Part shown: in pieces, positions 32,011 through 42,364 of the stretch | How positions within the stretch are numbered: the stretch's first letter is position 1 | How the letters are laid out: each line of letters opens with the position of its first letter | Notes under the pieces: generated by a model | The model's input: only the letters and a program-made list of their open reading frames with translations | What the model was told of the DNA's origin: nothing | The model's database searches: none | Source: a virus | Taxonomy: Duplodnaviria; Caudoviricetes | Length of the DNA: 64,000 bases | Virus record (IMG/VR): IMGVR_UViG_3300029288_000012 | Span: 1,620 to 65,619 of that record | Direction: 5' to 3' (one strand) | Program-made: the position numbers and the translations under genes

Positions 32011-32415
32011 TTATTTCGGCGGGGCGAGGGCAGCGGCCTTCTTCGCAGCGATTTCTTCAGGGGATAGATACTGATTCAGATATTCCCATACCGCCGCTTC
32101 GACCGCGCCTTCAATCGCAGCCACGTTGATACCAGATAAGCCCTGGGCGGCGAGTAGGTCTTGAATGTATTTGACAGCGAAAGCCTTCTTATCATCGATA
32201 TAGCCGGCGAGGTTCGCTTGCTCGGCGGCCTTCACCGCGATACCGGCCGCAGCTTCAAGAACAGCGGCGATATCAGGGCGATCGCTTTTCAAGTTGCGCC
32301 AGGCGGCGACCGCCTTTGGGGTGAGCCAGCCGACGAGGGCGACCATCAGCAGCGGGAGCGCAGCTTCAAGGAAGATCGAGATAAATTGTACAATCGGTTC
32401 TGGGATTTCGTTCAT
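32011..32415 (-). CDS. Holin, LL-H family
   Basis: N-terminal TM; AVKAAEQ, KKAFAV and IEGAVEAAV motifs. Confidence 0.75.
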   Translation of the reverse strand: MNEIPEPIVQFISIFLEAALPLLMVALVGWLTPKAVAAWRNLKSDRPDIAAVLEAAAGIAVKAAEQANLAGYIDDKKAFAVKYIQDLLAAQGLSGINVAAIEGAVEAAVWEYLNQYLSPEEIAAKKAAALAPPK

Positions 32416-32442
32416 TGTCTTTTCTCTCCTTTCAAGAGTAGA

Positions 32443-33252
32443 TCAAATATAGAGATACCGGGTGTTCTGCCAAAGGTTCCATATCTGCGAATCAGAGAGG
32501 TAGCCAGCGGCAAAAAACCAATTAGAAAACTTCCCGTTGAAGTACCCGGTTCGATTCGACCGCGCCAATTCAAATGGTTCGGTCGAATTGAACAAGCTAG
32601 CGGGAATGCTTGTCGTATTTATTTCATAATATTCGTTAGTTGTAGAGTTGTTCCAGATCTTCAGTTCCCTTGACGGGCTGTATCGCGCAACGATAAACCG
32701 CCAATACCTTGCGATCATGCCACTTGTAGCCGCCGCGATAGTTACCGATATATCAGCCGCGCCGGTATTTGAAACAGAGAAACGAATGCTACCGCCGGCA
32801 TCTGATTGATAAAGCCTGTAAGCCCTTTGATTAGTCGTCGAATAGTACTTGCTAGCAATGCCCTGGCCAGACACGAGCGAATCGAAGTAGAGCCAACCGC
32901 CGAGGGTCAAGCCTGGGTTTAGCATATAGGCCTCGGTTCCTATTACGTCAAAGTGTTCATTGTCCGGATAGGCGGCGTATTGACTCGAAGCGCGCAAGAA
33001 CGAAGCGTATGGAGCAAGGCGGTCATAACCTAAAGAGCAAGACGGACTCACCGTAAGGTCAAGCCGTCCGGCAACATCGCGCAGCAGAATCGCCCCCGCG
33101 TTCAGCCCATTCGCACTCATAGGCCAGTAAGCACGGATAAAGGGAAGTTGAAGGAATAGACTCGCGACGTTGCCGGCTGTATAGGAAGGCGAGGACAACC
33201 GGGGGAAGTAAGATTCCATCCCCTTTATCATGGCATCGTTTGGCGTTGGCAT
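32443..33252 (-). CDS. LamG / ConA-like lectin-domain tail protein (receptor-binding candidate)
   Basis: LTLGGWLYF, WRFIVARY and FNGK...W...LSDSQI pattern. Confidence 0.7.
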   Translation of the reverse strand: MPTPNDAMIKGMESYFPRLSSPSYTAGNVASLFLQLPFIRAYWPMSANGLNAGAILLRDVAGRLDLTVSPSCSLGYDRLAPYASFLRASSQYAAYPDNEHFDVIGTEAYMLNPGLTLGGWLYFDSLVSGQGIASKYYSTTNQRAYRLYQSDAGGSIRFSVSNTGAADISVTIAAATSGMIARYWRFIVARYSPSRELKIWNNSTTNEYYEINTTSIPASLFNSTEPFELARSNRTGYFNGKFSNWFFAAGYLSDSQIWNLWQNTRYLYI

Positions 33253-33255
33253 AGG

Positions 33256-34434
33256 CTAGTAGCCTCCCATAGAGAGTTTCGCAAGCGCGATAGAGAGCCT
33301 TTCAGATTTAGCGCCAGAAAGACTAATTGTATAAGGAGCGGTATAGCGGACCGTCTCAATAAAGATGACACGAGGATCATTTATTGTAGCGACAGAAGTA
33401 GCGGGGGGTTCTGAAGCGAGCGCATAATCACCTACAAATATATAGCAACCTGGCTTTATATCCCAGGGGCGAATCGCCCTGCCACCGGTCGCGATAAGAC
33501 GCTGCCCTTGATCCGATAGATAGTAATAATATTTGATCACCTTGTCCGGGGTTTCAAAGACGAATTTTAGATCGCCGTATATCCCGTAGTTACGCCGGTC
33601 ATCCGTTGTATCATTGCCGAAGGTCATGAGTTCTTCAATCTGGTCGAAGGCAAACCGGTTCATTTCAGTTGAGGTAGGGACGGCAAGAGCGTTTGAATCA
33701 AGAAAGGCGAGCGAAGTGCTTATAATCCCGTTAGGATCGCCCGATATTATAGAGAGCAGTTTTTGAGAGAGCGTAGTCACACCCGGCGAGCCGTTATTAT
33801 AGATATACCATTTCAGGACGTTGATATAACCTAATACGTTTAGCGTTACGGGGATTCTCGTTTGTCCGTCACCGGGCGATATAGAGGTGTCAGGGGCGGA
33901 CCGTTTAGGGAGAGCCATTTCAGATAGAGCCACCGCACGAACGCGCTCGGCCTGTACCTGCGTGACTTGACCGGCAGAGAGTGTCTTTTCTATGATGCCA
34001 TAGCGCGCTTGACTAGCAAGGTCTTCAGCGATAGGGGTGACAGTTTCGGCGCCAGTGGCAGCGGGGTAGACGTTGTAGTCAATCGGCGTGTAAGCGACAG
34101 AGATTCGATTCCCGATATCCATCAAGGGACCGATAGTCACCTGCACGCCGCCTACTTGTCCAGACACCGTGTCAATGAAGCCGCGAAAGACAATCTGCCC
34201 GGCGCTATTCTTGATTACGGCGTCTCTACCGAGTCCGTTATTCAGCCAGTCAGTAAAGGTCAGTTGATCGACAGTCAAGTCAATGCGAGCAGAGAGGTAG
34301 CCGCCGTGTGCGCTTATTTCGTGTTCATAGCCTACGATTCCGTTTGACACGTTGTCATAGGTGCGGCTAAAATCTCTCGCAAAGAGCGAAGGATTTATCT
34401 CAATAGACAGACCTGTCTGTTCTGTGACGGTCAT
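33256..34434 (-). CDS. Tail tip / baseplate hub-like protein
   Basis: Position after the distal tail gene; SQARYGIIE motif typical of minor tail proteins. Confidence 0.6.
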   Translation of the reverse strand: MTVTEQTGLSIEINPSLFARDFSRTYDNVSNGIVGYEHEISAHGGYLSARIDLTVDQLTFTDWLNNGLGRDAVIKNSAGQIVFRGFIDTVSGQVGGVQVTIGPLMDIGNRISVAYTPIDYNVYPAATGAETVTPIAEDLASQARYGIIEKTLSAGQVTQVQAERVRAVALSEMALPKRSAPDTSISPGDGQTRIPVTLNVLGYINVLKWYIYNNGSPGVTTLSQKLLSIISGDPNGIISTSLAFLDSNALAVPTSTEMNRFAFDQIEELMTFGNDTTDDRRNYGIYGDLKFVFETPDKVIKYYYYLSDQGQRLIATGGRAIRPWDIKPGCYIFVGDYALASEPPATSVATINDPRVIFIETVRYTAPYTISLSGAKSERLSIALAKLSMGGY

Positions 34435-37061
34435 TATTGATTGCCCCTCATTGAGAAGTAGCGCGCCCAGCGGGTAGCGGTCACGCCGACAAGTTCTGTC
34501 CAGGGCGCGAGATAGCAGCTAACAGCGTCATTCCGAAACAGGAAGTAGATTCTCTCACCGCCGACGTCGGGCGCCACGACGGGAAGGCCGGCGGTTATCT
34601 GCCGCCATTTAGCGATAAACTTGCCAGCGTCTACACTTGTACCGCCATACATAACCGAGGCATAGAGCGGCGATTTCGGCACGCGCATCGGATTGATCCA
34701 AAGTTCGGTTTCAAGGTCTTTCGCGGGATAGCTATTCCGCAGCGAGGTGATAGGATTATTCGTTTGGTAAAATTCGCCGTGATATTCATCTGCGGGGATA
34801 AGAATCACGTCAAGCCAGCGAGCAGTAAAGGCAGAGGAAGACTCGACTTCTAGTCGTAGTTGGAAGCCAACGCGGTCAGGATCGTAGGTCAGCTGGAGTA
34901 AGCCCATGTCAACGACAGCGGGTATATATTGAGCGACAACGTTTTGCCGGGGCAGATTTAGCCAGCCAGTTTGGTCTATCTGAATACTTGCCCCCGCGCC
35001 CTCCGCAACCTCGTATAAACCGAGCCGCGCGTTAATATAGTTCGGGGTTGCAAGGTTATGCCAATAGCGAAGGAATACTCGGTATTTACCTGCCCATTGA
35101 GCGGCCGGGCTAGCGCCGCCGTAGGTGTAGCCGGTCGAGACAAAGAGATCGTTAAATGTCCAGACAACCGGCGTTATCGTTCCTGCTCCGACCGGGGAAG
35201 AAGTCACGTTGTAACCTGCCGGGGCCAGGGTGTCAGCTGTCACGGTTCCTGAAGCGCCACCTGGTACGGTCAAGGTGCAATTCAAGGGAAGCGAGGTATT
35301 AGAGCAGTTGAGACAAGAGACAAAGAGAGGACCACGCGCAACGGAGCGAGTCCCAAAGACAACGTTCTCGATTCCGTATAGGCCGCTAGAATCAGAGCCG
35401 AGGTAGCGAAGTTTCTGTGCTAGGATCGCACCGATATCGCCGGGGATATCAGCGTCGTTCACTTCAAGCCAGTTCCAACAGGTTATGTACGGAGCGGTTT
35501 CAATGATCGCCGGGAGCGCACCGGTCACAGCAGTCGCGTTGAATCTAACCCACCATCCTGTAACGCCATTGATAGTTGTTTGAGCGGTTCCGGTATTATA
35601 GTAAGGGGCGAGGGAGACAGAGCGTTCGCCTGTGAGGGATAAATTCGAGGTGAGGTCAAGCGTATTAAAAGCGGGGACCCAGCCGGCGCCAGACCATAAA
35701 GCCCACGCACCTATATTGACGTTCGCACCTTGCAATATACTGAATACGAGATTCAGGAATTGAGCAGCGTTTGGCACGGCGGTCGCGTCAATACCGAAGT
35801 AGACTTGATCGCCCGCGCCAATGGCGGCGGGAAGTAAGGTGTAGGGGGGAGCGACAGCGAGTAGGTTACCGCTATAGGTTCCGGCAGAAGCGTCATAATT
35901 GAAGATATGGGTCAGCCCTAACCGAGCGAAGTAGTTAGCTACCGGAGCATAACCACCTGCAACGTCACAAACAGGAGCAGCCGTTCCCGGCGCTGCATCA
36001 AGTTCGTCGTATTCATAAACGACAACCAGCGAAGGCGAATAGGCTGCGTTCGTATGACCCAGGGGGGAGCGATAAGAGCCGACCGTGCTAGCGTTATCAT
36101 CAAAGATGAAGTCAATATTATTGCCAGATATCCAGCCGGGCCGATCGACAATAGCTTGCACCATCGCCGTCAAGTCCGGGGTATTATAGGGATTATTGAT
36201 AGTCCAAGCCGGCAAATTATTCCACGCAACGGTATTAGCGATAGTTGTCCGAGCAGCGAGGTTCGCTGCGGTCGTGAACGCGACCGGGTTGTCTGCGTTT
36301 TCTGCTTTGATAGTGATGTTCACAGTTACGGTCGCAAGAGTAAGGCGCGACCAGAATTGAATAAAAGCGGATAGGATTCGAGCGCCTTTCGGCACGTCTA
36401 GCGCAAACATCACGCCAGATCGCTTGATGGCGCCGTTGTTACCGAGATAAAGCGTATTCGCCGCATAAGTGGCAGCGGGGATAGTACAGCTAGCAGAATG
36501 AGTAAAGGCAAGCCCGAAAGGTTTCCTCGCGACCTGAAATCCACGCCCGTTTGAATTTAGCGGCAGACAAGTCGAATCACCTGTCCCCGTATCCATCCAG
36601 GGGCTATGCTCTATCGTGACCTCGAATTCATCAATAGCCGAAGGTTCCCCAGCAAAAGGCGGGGCGTAGGGGTTATCATCTGAAGGCGCGTTGATCGCAT
36701 AGACTAGAGCATAGCGAGTATTAGTTTCGCACGAGCCGACGGCGACAAGCCATACTGGTTCGACCTGCGATTCGGATTGCCAATACTCTCGCGCCTTCTC
36801 TCCTATATTCCGGAGCGCCCTAGTCAGAGAGATTACGATATCCTGATTCTGGCCAGAGAGGGCAAGGCTAAAGGAATCGGATACGTTGGCGAATTTCGCC
36901 AAAACAGGTCGCCGCCCTTCATTCAGGGGGCTATCAACCCATTCGCCGTCATTCTTGTAAGACGCCGCTGCCGGCTTCCATTCATTGACATTGAAGCCGG
37001 CGGTCGTGCTTACTAGATGAACGATATCAGTACCATCGGTTATGAAGAAAGTCCCGCTCAT
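34434..37061 (-). CDS. Distal-tail-like protein with inserted beta-rich, probably carbohydrate-binding, domains
   Basis: Immediately follows the tape measure; Thr/Asn/Trp-rich middle region. Confidence 0.6.
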   Translation of the reverse strand: MSGTFFITDGTDIVHLVSTTAGFNVNEWKPAAASYKNDGEWVDSPLNEGRRPVLAKFANVSDSFSLALSGQNQDIVISLTRALRNIGEKAREYWQSESQVEPVWLVAVGSCETNTRYALVYAINAPSDDNPYAPPFAGEPSAIDEFEVTIEHSPWMDTGTGDSTCLPLNSNGRGFQVARKPFGLAFTHSASCTIPAATYAANTLYLGNNGAIKRSGVMFALDVPKGARILSAFIQFWSRLTLATVTVNITIKAENADNPVAFTTAANLAARTTIANTVAWNNLPAWTINNPYNTPDLTAMVQAIVDRPGWISGNNIDFIFDDNASTVGSYRSPLGHTNAAYSPSLVVVYEYDELDAAPGTAAPVCDVAGGYAPVANYFARLGLTHIFNYDASAGTYSGNLLAVAPPYTLLPAAIGAGDQVYFGIDATAVPNAAQFLNLVFSILQGANVNIGAWALWSGAGWVPAFNTLDLTSNLSLTGERSVSLAPYYNTGTAQTTINGVTGWWVRFNATAVTGALPAIIETAPYITCWNWLEVNDADIPGDIGAILAQKLRYLGSDSSGLYGIENVVFGTRSVARGPLFVSCLNCSNTSLPLNCTLTVPGGASGTVTADTLAPAGYNVTSSPVGAGTITPVVWTFNDLFVSTGYTYGGASPAAQWAGKYRVFLRYWHNLATPNYINARLGLYEVAEGAGASIQIDQTGWLNLPRQNVVAQYIPAVVDMGLLQLTYDPDRVGFQLRLEVESSSAFTARWLDVILIPADEYHGEFYQTNNPITSLRNSYPAKDLETELWINPMRVPKSPLYASVMYGGTSVDAGKFIAKWRQITAGLPVVAPDVGGERIYFLFRNDAVSCYLAPWTELVGVTATRWARYFSMRGNQ

Positions 37062-40000
37062 ACAGACAGCGCCCTCCTAGTAGCGCGCAAGACAGATTGC
37101 TCAAAGGTACGAAGGTCAGTAGCGTTATTTATAGTTACGGTTCCGATAGACACGGTCACAACATGAGATGCAGCGCTAGTAATCGGATTCACGGCTTTAT
37201 TATCGCGCACACGGGCGGCGATATCAACGGCGCCACGATTGCCGGTCAAGGGATAGATGTAGCCATCCTCTTTGGGGACGAATAATTCAGGGCGTTTCTC
37301 TCCTACGATATAGGATTCGCCGGCTTCAACCGGGCCCCCCCTTTCGCGTGGCGTGATTTGACCTGTACTAGGGTTGACACTGACATCGCCAATCAGCCAA
37401 TCTCCGAGCCAATCAGGAAGATCAACGCCGAATAGGTCCTCGATCGCTATGATGATACCGTCTACCGTGTCTTCGACAATAGTTTGAAGGCCAGCCCAGG
37501 CCGTGTCCCATGTATCGGATATCCACGTCGTGAAGTTCGTAAAGCCTGTCTCTATGTCAGTCTTGAAGTTCTCCCAGGCGGTTTTGACAAGGCCGATTCC
37601 GTTATTGAAGGCAGTTTCTATGTCGGTCCAAAGATTCGTCGCGGTCGAGGTCGTATCGGTCTTCAAGTTTTCCCAGGCAGTTTTGACATCGGTTACGAGG
37701 CCATCTATAAAGCCCTTAACATTCGTGATCGCCGTAGTGAAGGCGGATTCAATATCAGCCCATGTATCAGTTACGATTCCTTTCACGGTTTCGAAAGCCG
37801 TAGTGAAGGCGGTTTCTATATCAGACCAAACATCTGACACCGTATCTGACACAGTTTGAAACACAGTTTCGAAGGTAGTTTTGATAATATCCCATACTTC
37901 TGTCACCTTGTCGGATACGGCCTGAAACACGGTCTCAAAGGTAGTTTTGATAATGCCCCATACTTCTGTCACCTTATCAGATACAGCTTGAAACACAGTT
38001 TCGAACGTAGTTTTGATAATGCCCCATACTTCTGTCACTTTGTCAGATACGGCTTGAAAAGCGAGAGAAAAGACTTCCTTTATCTTTTCCCATATGGGCG
38101 TGATGAATTCGACAATCGCATTAAACGCATCCGTAAACGTTGTTTTGATAAATTCCCAGATAGTAGTTACCACACCTGCAACAGCATTGAACGCGGTTTC
38201 GAATAGGAGTTTGATACCGTCCCATATACTTGTAACGATCCCGACCAGGAACCCCCAGGCAACGGTAAAAGCCTCGGATATATCGCTCCATAAGTCAGTC
38301 ACGAATCCGACTAGAGCGGTTACCGCCTTATTGAAGATCGAAACAGCGCCATCCCATATTTTAGTAGCCGTTTCTACTATCCAGGCAGCAGCACCGGCGA
38401 CAAGTTCTTTTGCTCCATTCCATAGGTTTGTAGCGGTTTCCCCTATCCAGGCAACAGCGGCAGCGAGCCGCTCTTTCGCCGGTTCAATGAAAGCGGCAGC
38501 TACTTCGCCAATGACGTAAAAGACCTCTTTCACCTTGTCTACAAGGGGCTGGAAGAATTCTTTTATTGAAGTGATCGTATCGCTTATAAACGTTTTGATT
38601 TCTTCGAATTTATCTGTCACGTTCGTTTTGATTTCTTCGAATTTGTCAGTCACGCCGTCTTTTACGTCGGTAAAGATTCCGCTAAAGAATTCGACAACCG
38701 GGCTAAAGGTGTCTTCAAACCATTGCCCGATAGCAGAGACGGCGCCAGTGATTCCGTCCCATATCTTTTGCCCTATGTCGGTAAACCACGCTCCAACGTC
38801 AGCGAAAGCATCTGTGATCGCGGTCCAGATATCTTCGCCGGCCTGCGCAAACCATGCTCCAACGTCTTCAAAGAAACCGCCAATCGATTCGCCGATTCCG
38901 ACAAACCACTCGCCTACGTCTTTTATCGCTTGCGCTCCCCAGGCCACGATAGCATTAGCCATCGGTTGAAACAGGGCGATCAAAGAAACGATAAAATCAT
39001 TGACCCCATCGACAATACCCTGGAAGACGTTTGTAGCGGCAGAGACAATTTCGTCCCAGATACCGGCGAAGATCGTTTTCAGTTCTTCAGCAGATTCCGC
39101 CATGCCCTCTTTATCGCCGCTAAACAAGGCAGCGATCCAATCAAAGATTTCGCCAAGCGCTTCAAATTCGAGAGTCACGAGATCAACGATATCGCCAATT
39201 GCCTTCGTGATTCCTTCAATCATTGGACCTACAAGCGGGGCAAAGAAGTTTGCAATATAACCGACTAGGGCGGTCACGGCTTCGCCAATACCAATGAAGA
39301 TTCCTTGAGCAAAGCTTCCGATTGCATCATTGATTGTTCGGATTGACTCGCCGTGTTCGGTCCACCATCCGGTTAGCGTGTCTCCGATCGCAAGTAGCTT
39401 GTCGCCAAACACACCTCTTATCGTATCCCATACACCGATAAGAGCCTGGCCGAGCGGGCTATTCGCGATCGATTGTCCGAGATTCATCAAGGCGGTCTTG
39501 ACTTCAAGCCGAGCGCTATTCAGGGCTACCCATATCCGAGCCTTCAATTCAGCCCATAAATCGGTCATAGCTTGACCGATCCTTGATTTTATGTCAAGCA
39601 TCCCTTCATCAAACATGGAGCCGATTTCGGGAAGGCCACCGCCGCCAAACATTTCAACCGGCATTTCTTCGAGTTCTGCTCCACCGCCGCCAGCGCGACC
39701 GCCACCGGTTTTCGGTTCCTTTGTCGTGCCGCCGCCAGCCTTGTCGGTTTCCTTTTGCGCCTTTGCGAGTTCTAGCAGTTGGTCTACTAGTTTCTTCTGA
39801 AGGTCCAGTTGCTCCCTTACGATTTCAAGTTGTTCTTTGCGCGCATCGACGTCCGCTTCGGCCTGTGTAGCAGCGACCTTCGCCGCGTCACGTTCTTTGA
39901 TTGAAGCATTGATCTGTTTCATCTTTTGAGCGAGAGCCTCTTTCGAAGCCCCAGCGCGCAGCATGTCATTATATTCCTGCACTTGTTGATTGACGCGCAT

Positions 40001-41575
40001 CCCGGAGTCTTCTTCTCGTTTGCGCGCTTCTTCGAGCCGCTTTTCAGCATCGGTTACGGCGGTTTCTGCATCTGCAAGCGCCATCTGCTTTTCGGCGAGC
40101 AAGACGAGTTCTTCGCCGTATTCGCCGGCAGCGTCACGAAGCAGATCGTAAAATTCAGCACCGACTTCGCCTTCAGATAGTTGGGCGATAAGCCCCTTCA
40201 TCGTATCAGCCCAGATATCAGTAGCTTTTGCCGTATCATCAACGAGCAAGCCGATCGCATCTTTCAGGGGGGATTTTATATTGCCGAGGACATCAAAGTC
40301 AGCGGCAGTAAAGCCATGCAAGAATTCTGACATCGCTTCCGTTCCCCATTCATCGATATCAGGGGCTACTCGCGGGGGCGAGCCTGGGGCAAACCAGTAA
40401 GACAGCAGCTTGCTAACATAGTTGATCGCAGCCGTCAGGATAGAAGACCCGGCTTCAATAATACCGGTAGCAAATTCAGCAACGAGATTGAAGCCCCATA
40501 CGAAAGCATTTGACACGGCATCGGAGAAAGCATTAGCCATGCCGGCGATCAAGCCAATTCCGGTTTCGGTCGCTGGACCTAGCGCGCCTGTAATCGTTTC
40601 AGCTACAAAGGTCACAGCGGCGGCGAGTTCAAGAAGAATTGGCCTGAGCGCGCCACCTTCAGAGAAAGCCTTATTCAAGGTCTTCAGGAATTCACGGACA
40701 GCCATCGTGATTACGAGCCATGCTTGAAGGAACGGTTCACCGATAGTCAGCTGGAGGTCAGCTACATCACGGGCGGCCGAGCGCCACTGTTTTGAAGGGG
40801 ATTCCATAGCCATTGCATAAGCGCCTTGAATACGGCCGCCTTCTGTAAGTGTGGCATTCAAGACCGCCTGAATCTTCTCTTGCTCTGTTAGTTCCATTGA
40901 CGTCTTGTTCACGGATTCGGCGTATGCTTCATAGCTACCACGAACATCGACATTCAAGCCCTGTGTTCGAAGCACGCGCTTATTGTAGGTCAAGACACCA
41001 TAGAGAAGTTGGTCTAGTGTTTCTGAAGAATTGCGGCCAGATAGGACGGCGGCGTCCTGAGCAACGGTCGCTAGTTGGGTAGCTTGCGCAAGGTCAAGAT
41101 TATAGCGGGAGAATTGCGAAACGAGTTGAGCCGCGACATCAGCCGTGATACCCTGGTCACGAATGCCCTGGATAGTCGCTTCAACCTGTTCTTGGGTGTA
41201 GCCCTGTCTCTGGCCTAGCATTTGAGAAACGAGGGTCAATTCTTGCACGCGGCCGGCGTAGGCAGTTGCATCGACAATCGCGTCTTTCATCTGCGAAGCG
41301 ACCACGGCGATCCCTACGCCGAGGGCAGCAACACCGGCGACCGCCACGCCGGCCGCGATACCAACGGCACTAATGCCGGCGCTCAGGCCGGCAGCAGCAC
41401 CGCCGAGGTTACCACCGAATAGGCTACCGACCATACTCGCAAGATTTGAGATCGTTCCTGTACCGGTTTCTTCGCCCTTCTTGCGAGCGTCAGTCAGCCC
41501 CTTGTTAAATTCGTCAAGACCCTTCTTGAAGTTCTTATTATCCCATAGCGCTTCAATCTTTACGGATTTAGACAA
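37058..41575 (-). CDS. Tape measure protein
   Basis: 1505 aa, helical, W/F periodic repeats, C-terminal GGPV...GEKRPELFVP; TTG start with GGAGG RBS. Confidence 0.92.
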   Translation of the reverse strand: MSKSVKIEALWDNKNFKKGLDEFNKGLTDARKKGEETGTGTISNLASMVGSLFGGNLGGAAAGLSAGISAVGIAAGVAVAGVAALGVGIAVVASQMKDAIVDATAYAGRVQELTLVSQMLGQRQGYTQEQVEATIQGIRDQGITADVAAQLVSQFSRYNLDLAQATQLATVAQDAAVLSGRNSSETLDQLLYGVLTYNKRVLRTQGLNVDVRGSYEAYAESVNKTSMELTEQEKIQAVLNATLTEGGRIQGAYAMAMESPSKQWRSAARDVADLQLTIGEPFLQAWLVITMAVREFLKTLNKAFSEGGALRPILLELAAAVTFVAETITGALGPATETGIGLIAGMANAFSDAVSNAFVWGFNLVAEFATGIIEAGSSILTAAINYVSKLLSYWFAPGSPPRVAPDIDEWGTEAMSEFLHGFTAADFDVLGNIKSPLKDAIGLLVDDTAKATDIWADTMKGLIAQLSEGEVGAEFYDLLRDAAGEYGEELVLLAEKQMALADAETAVTDAEKRLEEARKREEDSGMRVNQQVQEYNDMLRAGASKEALAQKMKQINASIKERDAAKVAATQAEADVDARKEQLEIVREQLDLQKKLVDQLLELAKAQKETDKAGGGTTKEPKTGGGRAGGGGAELEEMPVEMFGGGGLPEIGSMFDEGMLDIKSRIGQAMTDLWAELKARIWVALNSARLEVKTALMNLGQSIANSPLGQALIGVWDTIRGVFGDKLLAIGDTLTGWWTEHGESIRTINDAIGSFAQGIFIGIGEAVTALVGYIANFFAPLVGPMIEGITKAIGDIVDLVTLEFEALGEIFDWIAALFSGDKEGMAESAEELKTIFAGIWDEIVSAATNVFQGIVDGVNDFIVSLIALFQPMANAIVAWGAQAIKDVGEWFVGIGESIGGFFEDVGAWFAQAGEDIWTAITDAFADVGAWFTDIGQKIWDGITGAVSAIGQWFEDTFSPVVEFFSGIFTDVKDGVTDKFEEIKTNVTDKFEEIKTFISDTITSIKEFFQPLVDKVKEVFYVIGEVAAAFIEPAKERLAAAVAWIGETATNLWNGAKELVAGAAAWIVETATKIWDGAVSIFNKAVTALVGFVTDLWSDISEAFTVAWGFLVGIVTSIWDGIKLLFETAFNAVAGVVTTIWEFIKTTFTDAFNAIVEFITPIWEKIKEVFSLAFQAVSDKVTEVWGIIKTTFETVFQAVSDKVTEVWGIIKTTFETVFQAVSDKVTEVWDIIKTTFETVFQTVSDTVSDVWSDIETAFTTAFETVKGIVTDTWADIESAFTTAITNVKGFIDGLVTDVKTAWENLKTDTTSTATNLWTDIETAFNNGIGLVKTAWENFKTDIETGFTNFTTWISDTWDTAWAGLQTIVEDTVDGIIIAIEDLFGVDLPDWLGDWLIGDVSVNPSTGQITPRERGGPVEAGESYIVGEKRPELFVPKEDGYIYPLTGNRGAVDIAARVRDNKAVNPITSAASHVVTVSIGTVTINNATDLRTFEQSVLRATRRALSV
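37856..38060 (-). repeat. Three 66-nt tandem repeats in the tape measure
   Basis: SDKVTEVW(G/D)IIKTTFETVFQ(A/T)V x3. Confidence 0.85.
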
Positions 41576-41592
41576 GGGGCCTCCTTTCGGCT

Positions 41593-41842
41593 TTACTCTC
41601 GATTATCGTATTCGATTCGTTCCATAAGTGAATGGGTGTGAAGGTATGCGACCATATAGATTATGTCTTCTTCAGGCGCGCAGATTCCTAGTTCACTCGG
41701 ACGAATCTTCCATTCATAGGCAGCATACAGCGCAGAAAAGATAGAGGTATGAGACCACTTCCCTTCTGGCAGTTTCTTTTCATAGATTTCAATCGGTATC
41801 GGTTTCGCTTGCCGGGGCGGTTTGAACATTACGCCGAAAGGA
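41593..41842 (-). CDS. Tail assembly chaperone GT extension (probably reached by frameshift)
   Basis: Overlaps the 3-prime end of the chaperone gene in the +1 frame; no RBS of its own. Confidence 0.6.
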
Positions 41843-42364
41843 TTTCGAAGCGGCCTCGAGCGCTTCTTCAGAAAGCACGCCGGCGGCACTTAGCCTCATA
41901 ATCTGTTCGACGATCTTCATCTGTTCTTCATGGGTAGGCAGCAGAACGGTCGTGATGTAATGGACGCGCTTTTCTTCCGGGTCATCCGGGATAGAGATTT
42001 TGAAACGCCGTTGCCGGGTTTCCCAGCCGGGTTCGAAGTCAAATTCAATCGCGTCAAGCAAGAACAGGGTTTGGAGTTTTCGAATCTCTTCGACCATCTT
42101 CGTCCGTGCCTTGATATACGATTCCCAGGCAGCATGATTCGCAGCGGATTGATCTGGGTTATCTGCAACGTCAAGCGTAGTAGCATCGTGCTGCATAACG
42201 GTTTTCGCGCCGCCAGCGACTTCGACCTCATAGGTCGGGGGGTCAATAGGTTCACCACGATTCCGATAGTCAAATTCAACACCGGTTTCAATCATGGAAT
42301 GAGCCAGAAGGCTAATCGGCCGGATCGTGATCTTCGCGCCGCTTGAAGTGATGTATTCTTTCAT
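41789..42364 (-). CDS. Tail assembly chaperone
   Basis: Between major tail and tape measure genes; RBS AAGGAG. Confidence 0.7.
   Translation of the reverse strand: MKEYITSSGAKITIRPISLLAHSMIETGVEFDYRNRGEPIDPPTYEVEVAGGAKTVMQHDATTLDVADNPDQSAANHAAWESYIKARTKMVEEIRKLQTLFLLDAIEFDFEPGWETRQRRFKISIPDDPEEKRVHYITTVLLPTHEEQMKIVEQIMRLSAAGVLSEEALEAASKSFRRNVQTAPASETDTD

Noticed and set aside
37856-38060. DGR template/variable repeat pair in the tail region
   Set aside because: The repeats are in-frame tandem tape-measure units differing at synonymous sites, not adenine-specific; no RT gene
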